DNA of 64,000 nucleotides from an uncultured bacterium (GTDB lineage: Bacteria; Patescibacteriota; Minisyncoccia; Phycocordibacterales; Phycocordibacteraceae), in the NCBI GenBank assembly GCA_947085985.1, contig CAMTYL010000004.1, positions 150,885 through 214,884 on the forward strand. Reading direction: 5' to 3'. Positions 19,555 to 29,032 of this stretch are shown in pieces. The translations under genes and the position numbers were made by a program. The notes under the pieces are model-generated. The model ran no database searches, was not told the origin of the DNA, and saw only the letters and a list, made by a program, of their open reading frames with translations. The number at the start of each line of letters is the position of its first letter. Within the stretch, counting starts at the first letter, position 1.

Positions 19555-20159
19555 ACGGAGCGCACGAACATCTGCCGCCGGTAGCGAAAGCAGAAAGAGA
19601 ATTAGTGGGTGGCAGCGAGGAGCGCGTACACAATGAGCACGAGCTCGTTGCAGCAAGCCTGAATGCTAAGCTTGCGCTTAACGAAGCAATGCAAGCGGCA
19701 CCAGGACGCGCAGAAGAATTGGAAGTTCTGCGCAAGAGACTTGACTCACTCATTACAGATGCGAACGAGGCACTTAAGACGCTTGGGGCAGTAGCGGCCG
19801 TTGGTGACGTGCTTGAGGGTGCGCGCACAAAAAGTACTGAGCAGTCGGGACTGGTTGACCCCCAAACACTTGTGGAGAACCCCGACAAGGCTGAACAGCT
19901 TCTCGAGGGCGTAATTGCGATTACTGAGAACGTGTCTGACGACCCAGCACATCGTGCACTCTCAAACGAGGCGAAAGCAGCGCTCGCAGAGATTCCCCGC
20001 ACAAAGCAGACGGGCAGAAGGCTGGCACTTACTATTGCCGAGCGTGTTGCGAAAATATGCCTAGACCTGGCTGGTCTTGGTGCCGTAAGTCACGCGCTAG
20101 ACCTGATTGAAGACTGTACGCGAGTATTTATGGAGAATCGGCGCGCAGCCACCGCTTAG
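19551..20159 (+). CDS. hypothetical alpha-helical protein
   Basis: 202 aa, E/A/L-rich. Translationally coupled to the upstream small ORF. Confidence 0.4.
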   Translation: MNGAHEHLPPVAKAERELVGGSEERVHNEHELVAASLNAKLALNEAMQAAPGRAEELEVLRKRLDSLITDANEALKTLGAVAAVGDVLEGARTKSTEQSGLVDPQTLVENPDKAEQLLEGVIAITENVSDDPAHRALSNEAKAALAEIPRTKQTGRRLALTIAERVAKICLDLAGLGAVSHALDLIEDCTRVFMENRRAATA

Positions 20160-21856
20160 TCGCGCGGCACGTCCACCACCTTGAAGACCTCTTCAAGCGA
20201 CGTCTCGCCACTGATTGCTTTCAACACACCCTCTTGTGCCATGGTGAGGTAGCCCTGACGACGCACTGATTTTGCAATGTCACTCTCGCTTGGGTTGTCG
20301 CGAAGGAAGGTGCCCAACTCTTCGTCCATAAATATTGCCTCATGTACGCCGACGCGTCCTTTGTATCCCGTCTCGTCCTCTGACTTCGGGTCCGGTACCC
20401 ACACCATATCTATAGAAGCCGGTAGAAGACTCTTGTCTTCTACCGTAGAGAGCACGCGCTCCATGAGTGTCTTCTCTTCGTCCGTTGCGGGCACTTGCTT
20501 GCGCGCGTTTGGGTCAAGGGTTCGCACCAAACGTTGCGCCATCGCAACCGAGACCGCAGAGGCAAAGGTTTTTGGATCAAGCCCAAGGTCTACCAAGCGA
20601 GGGAAGGTACCCGCTGCGTTGTTGGTGTGGAGTGTTGAAAACACGAAGTGTCCGGTGAGTGCTGCCTGTACCGCCACTTGCGCCACTTCAGCGTCGCGGA
20701 TTTCTCCCACCATGATTACGTCCGGGTCCTGGCGAAGTACCGAGCGCAGTCCGGAGGCAAACGTATAGTCAGTGCCATTTGTTTGAGTCTGCACAATGCC
20801 TGGCAGGTGATACTCAATCGGGTCCTCAATGGTCACAATTTTAATCTCAGGGGTATGGATATGGCGCAGGAACGCGTAGAGGGAGGTGGTCTTTCCGGAA
20901 CCAGTCGGACCAGTCACTACCAACATGCCGTTAGGGCGAGTGATTTCGTCGGTGAGACGCGTCAGTAGTTTCGGGTGAATACCAAGCTTCTCAAACTCAA
21001 CTCCAAGCACAGAGGGGTCAAGTAAGCGAAGCACAAACGATTCACCAAACGCTCCAGGAATAACCGAGGTGCGGATCTCAACGTCGCCAGAAGGTCCTGG
21101 CACCGAGATGCGGCCGTCTTGCGCGCGGTTGGTGACGTTTAGTTTAAGGCCGGACAACAGCTTGATACGGCTTGCGAGCAAGCGGTACGCGTGAGGGTCA
21201 AAGGTATACATGTCGGTAAGCACACCGTCCAGACGCATACGAAGACGAACACCCGTTTCTTCTGGCTCCAAGTGAATGTCAGAGGCACGAAGCGCAAGCG
21301 CGGAGGCCATGATGTCTTCCAACAGTCCCGACACTTTTGCATGCGCGCCATCAGCAAACGCCTTGTCTAGGTGCGCGCGAAGCGCAGACACGGTGGTAAG
21401 TTCGCGGGTGAGTGCCGCCTGAGCCTCGTTTGAAAGGTCAAACACGCCAGAACGACTCACGCTTGCCAGGGAGAGATCCTGATATCGAACCCACGCAGTT
21501 TCTAGGCTTTTCATAGAGACCAGGAACCGCTCCAAAATGAAACCCTGTGCCTCAAGCGCCTGCTCAATCGCAGGCCAATTCTTGTTCTGCGGATTATGAA
21601 TGGCAACCGAGAGGTGGCGGCCACTTTTATCAAACAGAACAACCTCTGCCGCGTGTGCGTCCGCTTCAGGGAGAAGCCGAAGTGCGTCCACATTGATGGG
21701 CATGATGGTGAGGTCGGTGTAGGTGTAGCGGTACTTTTCAGCAAGTATTCGCGCCAAATCCTCCTCCTCCTTTTCGCGCAGGTGCGCCAATTGCTCACTC
21801 TGTGCTTGGTCGTCAAAATGAACCGTCATATATACGTGAATCATAGCACCCAGCAC
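20156..21856 (-). CDS. pilB: type IV pilus assembly / type II secretion ATPase (PilB/GspE family)
   Basis: Walker A VTGPTGSGKTTSLYA, plus TIEDPIEY and MVGEIRD. N-terminal GspE_N-like domain. GTG start at 21856 with in-frame ATGs at 21844 and 21829. Confidence 0.85.
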   Translation of the reverse strand: MLGAMIHVYMTVHFDDQAQSEQLAHLREKEEEDLARILAEKYRYTYTDLTIMPINVDALRLLPEADAHAAEVVLFDKSGRHLSVAIHNPQNKNWPAIEQALEAQGFILERFLVSMKSLETAWVRYQDLSLASVSRSGVFDLSNEAQAALTRELTTVSALRAHLDKAFADGAHAKVSGLLEDIMASALALRASDIHLEPEETGVRLRMRLDGVLTDMYTFDPHAYRLLASRIKLLSGLKLNVTNRAQDGRISVPGPSGDVEIRTSVIPGAFGESFVLRLLDPSVLGVEFEKLGIHPKLLTRLTDEITRPNGMLVVTGPTGSGKTTSLYAFLRHIHTPEIKIVTIEDPIEYHLPGIVQTQTNGTDYTFASGLRSVLRQDPDVIMVGEIRDAEVAQVAVQAALTGHFVFSTLHTNNAAGTFPRLVDLGLDPKTFASAVSVAMAQRLVRTLDPNARKQVPATDEEKTLMERVLSTVEDKSLLPASIDMVWVPDPKSEDETGYKGRVGVHEAIFMDEELGTFLRDNPSESDIAKSVRRQGYLTMAQEGVLKAISGETSLEEVFKVVDVPRD

Positions 21857-21899
21857 CTGCGGGGGTCGGGCGTTGCGTGGGGGCAGGGCACAGTCGCCC

Positions 21900-21928
21900 T
21901 TGACAAAACACCCTTTTGGGTGTAATAT
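21900..21928 (+). promoter_or_regulatory. consensus sigma70-type promoter
   Basis: TTGACA (21900-21905), 17-nt spacer, TAATAT (21923-21928). AAAGGAGG RBS follows before ATG 21998. Confidence 0.6.
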
Positions 21929-21997
21929 GTATATATAAAGTCGCTCTTTCCAGACGAATAGTCAGAAAGGGCTCACGCCGCAAAAAAGGAGGGACGC

Positions 21998-22705
21998 ATG
22001 TCCGCTCGCAAAATCACTGCCGCTCTGTTCGCCTTGGCTCTGTTGGCTCCGGCCACCAGCGTCTTCGCGCAGACGGTACCGGCCGAAGACGGCTGGTACA
22101 GCGCGGGCGACACCGTCACCCGCTCACCGAAACCGTCCTGCGGCAAGATGCCGAAGGACGGGGAATACGAGCCGCTCTTCAAGATGGAGGGCGGCGTGTA
22201 CACTACTTGTCGCTGGTCCTACAAGGGGCCGAAGAAGAAGGCGGTGTATACCGGCTGGGGCTGGTTCCAGTGCTCAATGCAACACTTCATGTCGGTAGAA
22301 GACTGTCGTGCAGGGTTGATGAACTTCGTCACCCCCACACAATACTTCTCGGGCGGATTCCAGCCCGACTACTCCGGTTTCCGGCAGTACGGCGGGTACC
22401 AGCAGCCCTACTACAGTGGCGGCGGGTACCAGCGACCGTACGTCTGCCGCAACCAGGGCGACCCGGCCTGCTACCAAGGCTCGCGTTCGGGCGGCGGCTA
22501 CTATCCGCCACCACCGCCAACGCGCGGGCCTGTCTCTGGACAGCTCTACGTCTGCCGGGGATCGGGTGATCCCGGCTGCTACCAACAGACGCCTTCCGGA
22601 GGCGGATACACTCCGCCCCCGGCGACCCAGAACCCATCTTCCGGTAGCGTATATAGCTGCCAGGGGACGGGGGACCCGAACTGCTACCGGGCTCCGCGCC
22701 AGTAG
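21998..22705 (+). CDS. secreted Gly/Tyr/Cys-rich repeat protein on a GC-rich island
   Basis: Signal peptide MSARKITAALFALALLAPATSVFA. Three C-x3-GDPxCY repeats (VCRNQGDPACYQ, VCRGSGDPGCYQ, SCQGTGDPNCYR). Local GC about 65%. Confidence 0.6.
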   Translation: MSARKITAALFALALLAPATSVFAQTVPAEDGWYSAGDTVTRSPKPSCGKMPKDGEYEPLFKMEGGVYTTCRWSYKGPKKKAVYTGWGWFQCSMQHFMSVEDCRAGLMNFVTPTQYFSGGFQPDYSGFRQYGGYQQPYYSGGGYQRPYVCRNQGDPACYQGSRSGGGYYPPPPPTRGPVSGQLYVCRGSGDPGCYQQTPSGGGYTPPPATQNPSSGSVYSCQGTGDPNCYRAPRQ

Positions 22706-22729
22706 CTCACCCTGACTATCTCGTCGAAT

Positions 22730-22759
22730 CGCGCTCATCCTTCGGGATGGGCGCGTTTT
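22730..22759 (+). terminator. intrinsic terminator
   Basis: CGCGCTCATCC-ttcg-GGATGGGCGCG followed by TTTT. Confidence 0.6.
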
Positions 22760-22822
22760 GATGTCCAATTACTGATCTGTGTGCCAGTTCCGTTGCTATT
22801 TGGGGCGGGGTACAATTAGGGC

Positions 22823-23275
22823 ATGCAACGATTCCTCCCTGACTTAGAAGCGCTTACCAAGGAGGCAAAGACATTTACCGGAACGCTTGTACCAAAAGCG
22901 CGCGGAGCAACCTTGGTGACTCTCTCGGGAGAACTTGGGGCGGGGAAGACATCCTTTGCGCAGGGTGTAGCCGCAGCACTCGGTGTCGCAGGCTCGGTCA
23001 CCAGCCCCACTTTTGTTCTTGAAAAGGTGTACGAGCTGCGAGGTCAGCCATTTTCTAAACTCATTCACATAGATGCGTATCGGCTGGTAAGTGGGGACGA
23101 GTTGCGAGCTCTTGGCTTTGACGAGCTGATGGGCGAGGCCAGCAATCTCGTACTGCTTGAGTGGCCAGAAAAAGTATCGGATCTGCTTCCAGCCCCCGCG
23201 CACCGCATTACACTCACGGTGCCGGAACCAGCAGATAATCCGGCAACCGCCGGGCGAACTATTTCGTATGCCTAA
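22823..23275 (+). CDS. tsaE: tRNA threonylcarbamoyladenosine biosynthesis ATPase TsaE
   Basis: LSGELGAGKTSFAQG P-loop and SPTF motif, 150 aa. Confidence 0.8.
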   Translation: MQRFLPDLEALTKEAKTFTGTLVPKARGATLVTLSGELGAGKTSFAQGVAAALGVAGSVTSPTFVLEKVYELRGQPFSKLIHIDAYRLVSGDELRALGFDELMGEASNLVLLEWPEKVSDLLPAPAHRITLTVPEPADNPATAGRTISYA

Positions 23276-25664
23276 GACCGCACCACAGAGAACAAAACGG
23301 CTCGTGCTCCTTGATGCGCACGCCATCATTCATCGTGCGTATCATGCGCTCCCTGATTTCACGGGCCCTGGCGGACAACCAACAGGAGCACTATACGGGC
23401 TCTCAAGCATGTTGCTAAAAATAGCGACCGATTTGCGACCCGACTACATTGTGGCGTGCTACGACTTGCCAAAGCCCACGGTACGTCACGAAGCGTATGA
23501 GGGCTACAAAGGCACCCGAGGAAAATCGGACGACGCACTCATCACGCAACTGCAAAGTTCACGCCAAGTGTTCAAGGCGTTCTCAATCCCAATATACGAG
23601 CGCGAAGGGTTTGAGGCCGACGATGTGCTCGGAACTATTTGCAAAGAGCTTGCAGACGACACAGACACAGAAATCATTATCGCTTCCGGCGACATGGACA
23701 CCATGCAGCTGATAGATCAGGGGCGAGTGTCGGTATATACCCTTAAAAAAGGATTAAACGACACTATTTTGTACGACGAGCACGCGGTGCGGGAGCGCTA
23801 CGGCTTTCCGCCAGAACTTATTGCCGATTACAAGGGGTTGCGCGGCGACCCCTCTGACAGCATCAAGGGCGTGCCAGGGGTGGGGGAGAAGACGGCAACC
23901 GAGCTGATTCAGAAGTTTGGCTCGGTGGAAAACATTTACAAGACAATCAAGAAGAATGAAGCGCTGCTGCTTGAGGCTGGGGTGAAGCCACGCATCATCG
24001 GCCTTCTCAAAGAGCACGAGGAAGACGCACTCTTCTCCAAGATGATGGCAACCATTCGCACCGATGCACCGATTGCGTTTCGGATTCCAAAGGACACGTG
24101 GCGAGACACGATATCGCAGGAGGCAATCTTTGCACTCTTTGATGAGTTTGGGTTTAGAACCCTGCGCGCTCGCGTGCGCACCCTCACTGGGGAAGAAGAC
24201 ATGGAGGACGAGGCGATGCTCGCAGCCCTTGAAGAATCAACTGAAGAGTCGGCAGGGTCTGTTGACCCGGCGCGCTTGAAAGAAGCGAAAGTGATGCTGT
24301 GGCTTTTGTATTCAGAGTTCACGAACCCAGACTACGACGACGTGCTCGGGTTTACCAAAACGCACACCTTTGACGAAGCATACGAGGAACTCGGGCGACG
24401 CCTCGCTGAAATTCCGACACTGCAGAACCTGTACGACACCATAGAAAAGCCGCTTATACCCATTGTGGACGAGATGGGGCGACACGGTGTGCGCATTGAC
24501 CGTGCGCTTCTAGAAAGACTTCGAAGCGAGTACCAGGAGGAGCTGACCGGCATTGAGAAAAACATTTTCCAGATGGCAGGGCGAGAGTTTAATGTAAGCT
24601 CGCCAAAGCAGTTAGGAGAGGTGTTGTTTGACGAGCTTGAACTCACCGTAAAGGGGCAGAAGAAAACCGCTGGCGGACAGCGCAGTACCAAGGAAACCGA
24701 GCTTGAAAAGATTCGCGACCTGCACCCGATTGTGGACGAGGTGCTCAAGTACAGAGGACTGAAGAAATTGCTCGGCACCTACATTGAAGCAATCCCGCCA
24801 CTTCTGGATAGCGAGGACCGACTTCACGCAGAATTTTTGCAGACAGGCGCAGTGACGGGTCGCATGGCGAGCCAAAACCCTGGGCTGCAAAACATTCCGG
24901 TGCGCACCGAGCAGGGCAGAGCAATCCGTGCAGCCTTTATCCCCACAGAGGGGTACACCCTTGTGGGGCTTGATTACTCACAGATTGAACTTCGTATCGC
25001 GGCGATTCTCTCGGGGGACGAGAAGCTGTGTGAAATTTTCAAGAGCGGACGCGATGTACACACTGAAGTAGCTTCTGCGGTTATGGGAGTTCCTGCGGGC
25101 GAAGTGGATAGAGAGATGCGACGCCGGGCAAAGATCATTAACTTCGGCATCCTCTACGGCATGGGAGTGAACGCGCTCAAGGTACAGCTCGGCACTACCA
25201 TCGGTGAGGCACAGCAATACCTGGAGGATTATTTCTCCACGTTCTCTCGCCTCAAGGAATACCTGGAAGAGACAAAGGGATACGCGCGCAAGCACGGATA
25301 CACGGAAACTATGTTTGGCCGCCGCCGCCAGTTCCCAGAAATGAAGTCGCCGCTGCCATATGTGCGCGCACAAGCAGAGCGCATGGCTATAAACGCGCCG
25401 ATACAGGGCACTCAGTCAGACGTGATTAAAGCGGCCATGGTGCGCGTAGACGAATGGCTCCGAGAAATAGGTGCGCGAGAAGACGTACACCTCATGTTGC
25501 AGGTGCACGACGAGTTGGTGTACGAAGTAAAAAACGAGCGAGTAGAAGAGATTGCGCGTGGGATTGAGGACATTATGGAAGGGGTGCTCACTGACGAGCA
25601 AAGAAAAGACGTGCCGATTTTGGCGGAGTGGAAGGCTGGACCGAACTGGGGAGCAATGGAATAA
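23268..25664 (+). CDS. polA: DNA polymerase I
   Basis: 5'-3' exonuclease N-terminus (RLVLLDAHAIIHRAYHAL). Polymerase motifs (DYSQIELRI; KIINFGILYGMG; QVHDELVYE). ATG 23268 overlaps the tsaE end. Confidence 0.9.
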   Translation: MPKTAPQRTKRLVLLDAHAIIHRAYHALPDFTGPGGQPTGALYGLSSMLLKIATDLRPDYIVACYDLPKPTVRHEAYEGYKGTRGKSDDALITQLQSSRQVFKAFSIPIYEREGFEADDVLGTICKELADDTDTEIIIASGDMDTMQLIDQGRVSVYTLKKGLNDTILYDEHAVRERYGFPPELIADYKGLRGDPSDSIKGVPGVGEKTATELIQKFGSVENIYKTIKKNEALLLEAGVKPRIIGLLKEHEEDALFSKMMATIRTDAPIAFRIPKDTWRDTISQEAIFALFDEFGFRTLRARVRTLTGEEDMEDEAMLAALEESTEESAGSVDPARLKEAKVMLWLLYSEFTNPDYDDVLGFTKTHTFDEAYEELGRRLAEIPTLQNLYDTIEKPLIPIVDEMGRHGVRIDRALLERLRSEYQEELTGIEKNIFQMAGREFNVSSPKQLGEVLFDELELTVKGQKKTAGGQRSTKETELEKIRDLHPIVDEVLKYRGLKKLLGTYIEAIPPLLDSEDRLHAEFLQTGAVTGRMASQNPGLQNIPVRTEQGRAIRAAFIPTEGYTLVGLDYSQIELRIAAILSGDEKLCEIFKSGRDVHTEVASAVMGVPAGEVDREMRRRAKIINFGILYGMGVNALKVQLGTTIGEAQQYLEDYFSTFSRLKEYLEETKGYARKHGYTETMFGRRRQFPEMKSPLPYVRAQAERMAINAPIQGTQSDVIKAAMVRVDEWLREIGAREDVHLMLQVHDELVYEVKNERVEEIARGIEDIMEGVLTDEQRKDVPILAEWKAGPNWGAME

Positions 25665-25808
25665 CCAGGCAAAAATGTTCGGATACGTCGTTGCGGGCCC
25701 CAAGGAGCTCATGCGCCGTACTATATGTACGTCTTATTAGTTCCTTCTCCCGCGCCTCGTCTGCGAGCATTTTTGCTCTGGTTAGAGTGATGTAGGTATA
25801 CTAATCGG

Positions 25809-26468
25809 GTGATTTATCTTTTCTGTGGAAGCGACACGAATAAGGTTCGGGCCAAGGCCTTTCAGTGGGTAGAGGCTGCGCGCAGTAAGGCGCCAGACGC
25901 GGTGTATGTGCGACTTACGCCCGAGATGGTGACACCAGAAATGGTGCGCGGCGCGCTCAGTAGTCAGGGACTCTTTTTTTCTAAGTCACTCATCCTTCTA
26001 GACGACCCTTTTTCGCAAAGTGAAACAAGTGAGACGGTACTTGAGCTTCTAGAGGAACTCGCAGCGTCGCAGAATCCCGTTGCCATTCTTGCGCCAAAGC
26101 TTTTGGCCGCGAGAGTGAAAAAGGTAGAAGCAAAAGCAGAGAAGGTATTCAAAATTGATGTTGATAGCGCGCGCCTGCCTGCCGGCAGGCAGGGGTTTAA
26201 TAGTGCGCTCGTAAATGCGCTCGCGAACAAAGACAGCGCAGGGCTGTGGAAAGAATTACATAAAGCGTACCGACAGGGAGACGCGCCCGAACTAGTGCAC
26301 GGACTACTCCACTGGAAAGCACGCGACATGATGCAAAAAGGGAATCCGAAGTGGGGGAAGGACGGAGCGCGTACACTCTCGCGCGAACTGATTGAGTTGG
26401 TGAGCGATTCTAGAAACGGGGACTTGGCGCTTAGGGAGGGGTTGGAGCGGTTTGTGTTAAAAGTGTAG
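25809..26468 (+). CDS. DNA polymerase III delta subunit-like protein (HolA-like)
   Basis: N-terminus IYLFCGSDTNKV resembles HolA. GTG start 13 nt after a TATACT box. Confidence 0.45.
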   Translation: MIYLFCGSDTNKVRAKAFQWVEAARSKAPDAVYVRLTPEMVTPEMVRGALSSQGLFFSKSLILLDDPFSQSETSETVLELLEELAASQNPVAILAPKLLAARVKKVEAKAEKVFKIDVDSARLPAGRQGFNSALVNALANKDSAGLWKELHKAYRQGDAPELVHGLLHWKARDMMQKGNPKWGKDGARTLSRELIELVSDSRNGDLALREGLERFVLKV

Positions 26469-26478
26469 ATATCAGCAC

Positions 26479-26675
26479 GTGCGCCTACCTGGGACGTGAT
26501 TACACTTCTCGCTCCTTACAGGAGCAGTACACCTTGTGGAGATTTTGCTTCATGACTTCGCAAAATCTGCTCACAAGGTCTTCGAGCCCAGGACGCAGGC
26601 TTCCCAAGCCTGCTTAGGCGCACAAATTAAAGAACCGCCAGTGGGGCGGTTCTTTAATTTGTGCGCCTACCTGGG
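26479..26675 (-). repeat. tRNA-3'-associated structured element, Lys copy
   Basis: 15-nt direct repeat GTGCGCCTACCTGGG at 26479-26493 and 26661-26675. 23-bp hairpin GGCGCACAAATTAAAGAACCGCC-agtg-GGGCGGTTCTTTAATTTGTGCGCC overlaps the tRNA 3' end. GCAGGCTT-ccc-AAGCCTGC hairpin. Terminal GTG-TAAT-CAC hairpin. Confidence 0.6.
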
Positions 26676-26734
26676 CTCGAACCAGGGACCGTCTCCTTAA
26701 AAGGGAGCTGCTCTACCAACTGAGCTATAGGCGC
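26662..26734 (-). tRNA. tRNA-Lys (anticodon TTT)
   Basis: Hand-folded cloverleaf: GCGCCTA acceptor, D-arm GCTCAGTTGGTAGAGC, anticodon loop CTTTTAA, T-arm CCTGG-TTCGAGC-CCAGG. Confidence 0.85.
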
Positions 26735-26752
26735 ATGCTCACTGTTATACCG

Positions 26753-27754
26753 CTAATAGGTGTATAGGTCTACGGTTAGCCCATTCTCGTCCAGTAATCT
26801 AATAGCTTCACGCGAGTCTTTCCAGAGCTCTCCGTACCGCATGGTGGAGTCATTCCTGCGGGTTATTTCGGTGCGCCCCAGATAGATGCGCCAGATATCG
26901 CTATAGAAAGATGAGCTGTAGCGATAGTTCTCCACACAACCATTGTACGTGAGGCGTGAGTAGATAAGCGAAAGACAGTTGGCTGAGGTGCGGCTATCTT
27001 CCTGTGGGGTCACACACATGCTCGTATTTCTCACTAAGTTGTAGCAGGCAGTTTCTTTGTACGGGTTTCCGGTGAAGTGCCTATCAAACTCGGACGAAGG
27101 GGAAGGGCAGCGGCGACCAAGAGCAGGAGAGAAACTTTGATTCACTCCCAAATACCCCGTGCACATGTTTTCTGCAAAAGAGCCCCCTATAGGCGATTCT
27201 CCAGTTATCACGTACGCACGCTCACCTGGATACAGCACAATAGGTTCTGAAGCATTAAGTGTGCCACTTGTCGGAAGCTTTGTGCCTTGTGGAATTGTCG
27301 CACTCCTGTCGGTTGCTACAGAGACAAGCTTCCACCCAGTAATGGTTATGGGCTCTGTGGCGCTTGAGGACGCCTGAAGGACAAGGTACTCATGCTGCGG
27401 GTCGGTGGACGAAACATTCCCGCCACTGATAGTCACCAGGCCGCGCTTTGGAGAAGGGGTGCTGAACAGTGCCTGGCGCTTAGACTCTATCTGCAGATTA
27501 CCCAACTGGTACTCAATACTTTGCACACTGCTGCGCACTTCTGCAGAGCGGATACTTGGCAGGCCCCCCGTCACGTTGATGCCACCCTTATACCAATCGG
27601 TGTCACCATAGCCAACTTGAGTCTGTCCAACGCCCGTAACGGGGGTGATGAATGGCCCCGAGAATGAAATAGGATTGCTCGGGCCACCACCAGCAAGCCA
27701 CAAGACAAAGAAAAAGACCATCACTCCGAGAAAAAAGAGGAAGTCGCTTTGCAT
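26753..27754 (-). CDS. secreted/membrane-anchored hypothetical protein
   Basis: N-terminal hydrophobic segment FLFFLGVMVFFFVLWLAGG. 333 aa, Cys-containing C-terminal region. Confidence 0.45.
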   Translation of the reverse strand: MQSDFLFFLGVMVFFFVLWLAGGGPSNPISFSGPFITPVTGVGQTQVGYGDTDWYKGGINVTGGLPSIRSAEVRSSVQSIEYQLGNLQIESKRQALFSTPSPKRGLVTISGGNVSSTDPQHEYLVLQASSSATEPITITGWKLVSVATDRSATIPQGTKLPTSGTLNASEPIVLYPGERAYVITGESPIGGSFAENMCTGYLGVNQSFSPALGRRCPSPSSEFDRHFTGNPYKETACYNLVRNTSMCVTPQEDSRTSANCLSLIYSRLTYNGCVENYRYSSSFYSDIWRIYLGRTEITRRNDSTMRYGELWKDSREAIRLLDENGLTVDLYTY

Positions 27755-27773
27755 AAAAGTATAATACCGCGCC

Positions 27774-29030
27774 CTACTTCATTCGCTTGAGTTCTTCACG
27801 TACTACCTCCGCATCACTCCATGGAGTCCTTTTTCCATTTGCTTCCATGATGTATGGGTCTGTGCCTTTGCCAGTGATAAGCACCGCGTCTCCTGTGCGG
27901 GCAAGCGAAAGGGCAGTGGCAATTGCTTCTCGGCGGTCCATGATAATGCGCGGCTCACGACTCATGCCAGAGGCCATGGCGTCCATAATTGCCTGCGGGT
28001 CTTCGTCGTAGGGGTCTTCGTTTGCAAGGATTACTTCGTCGCAGTGTTCGTCTGCGATTTTACCCATCAGCGGCCGCTTCCAGGTGTCGCGGCCGCCCCC
28101 GGTGTTTCCAAGTACACAAATCTTTCTGCGCTTTCCGTACGCACCGTATAGTGCTGTGAGCGAGTCAGGGGTGTGAGCGTAGTCAACCACCGCAAGAAAA
28201 TCCTGGCCCTCTTCAATTTTTTCAGCGCGTCCTGGAATACGAGTAAGTAAGTGGAGCGCCTCACTACTTTTCTCTAGCGGCACACCAAGCCACGCAGCAG
28301 TCTTAATTGCAGCGAGAGCATTGCGTACAGAAAACTCACCGGGTTGTGGAATATCAAACGACACCCCCTCGTACGTAAACGAAACCGACTCGTTTTGATA
28401 GGAGATATTTGCGGCGTCTCCAATGCTAAACGGCAGCGCTGTTTCTACAGGAAGAGCCAGGTAGGGCTTCGCGTACTCACTGTCACTGTTAGCAATTATC
28501 GCGCGCGGGCGCTTTGTTGAGCGCGCCAGCTCTTCCCCTAGGCGGAACTTCGCGCGCGCGTATGCCTCCATGCTTCCGTGTGACTCAATATGCTCGCGTT
28601 GCAAGTTAGTAAAAATAAGCGCGTCCATAGCAAGGAACAGGTGACGATTCTGGACCGCACCTTCAGAAGTCACTTCAAGCACCGCGTAGCGCGCGCCCTT
28701 ATTTGCAGCGTCAAGCAAAAACTTTTGCAGAAATCCGCGACCAGGCATGGTCATCTTGAATAGGTTTGGGCGCGACTCCTCGTTCACCGCAAAACGGATA
28801 GTGCCGGCCATGGCGGTGGGGTAGTCTGCATGGCGCAAAATAGCAAAGAGCATTTCTGAAACCGAAGACTTTCCCTTGGTGCCCGTGATACCAATCACGG
28901 TTAGCTTTTTCGCAGGGAAGCCGTAGACAAGAGCTGCACCAAACGCCCAGAGCGCATGATAGATACGCATAAGTGCCTGGTGCAGCGAGCGGGGAAGAAG
29001 TGTTGCTAAGAGTGAGCGAAGGAAGTGCAT
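27774..29030 (-). CDS. Mur ligase family protein, MurE-like
   Basis: ATP-binding loop IGITGTKGKSS and DYAHTPDSL motif typical of MurE. Confidence 0.7.
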   Translation of the reverse strand: MHFLRSLLATLLPRSLHQALMRIYHALWAFGAALVYGFPAKKLTVIGITGTKGKSSVSEMLFAILRHADYPTAMAGTIRFAVNEESRPNLFKMTMPGRGFLQKFLLDAANKGARYAVLEVTSEGAVQNRHLFLAMDALIFTNLQREHIESHGSMEAYARAKFRLGEELARSTKRPRAIIANSDSEYAKPYLALPVETALPFSIGDAANISYQNESVSFTYEGVSFDIPQPGEFSVRNALAAIKTAAWLGVPLEKSSEALHLLTRIPGRAEKIEEGQDFLAVVDYAHTPDSLTALYGAYGKRRKICVLGNTGGGRDTWKRPLMGKIADEHCDEVILANEDPYDEDPQAIMDAMASGMSREPRIIMDRREAIATALSLARTGDAVLITGKGTDPYIMEANGKRTPWSDAEVVREELKRMK

Positions 29031-29032
29031 AA

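Noticed and set aside
19307-20002. 231-aa minus-strand ORF, Ser/Ala/Cys-rich
   Set aside because: Low-complexity composition typical of the antisense of a GC-rich Ala/Glu/Leu-coding region. The two plus-strand ORFs (19372-19554, 19551-20159) have protein-like composition and are translationally coupled.
21916-22768. Several 100-235-aa ORFs in alternative frames and strands over GC-rich island 1
   Set aside because: High GC removes stop codons in all frames. Only 21998-22705 has a promoter, RBS, signal peptide and terminator.
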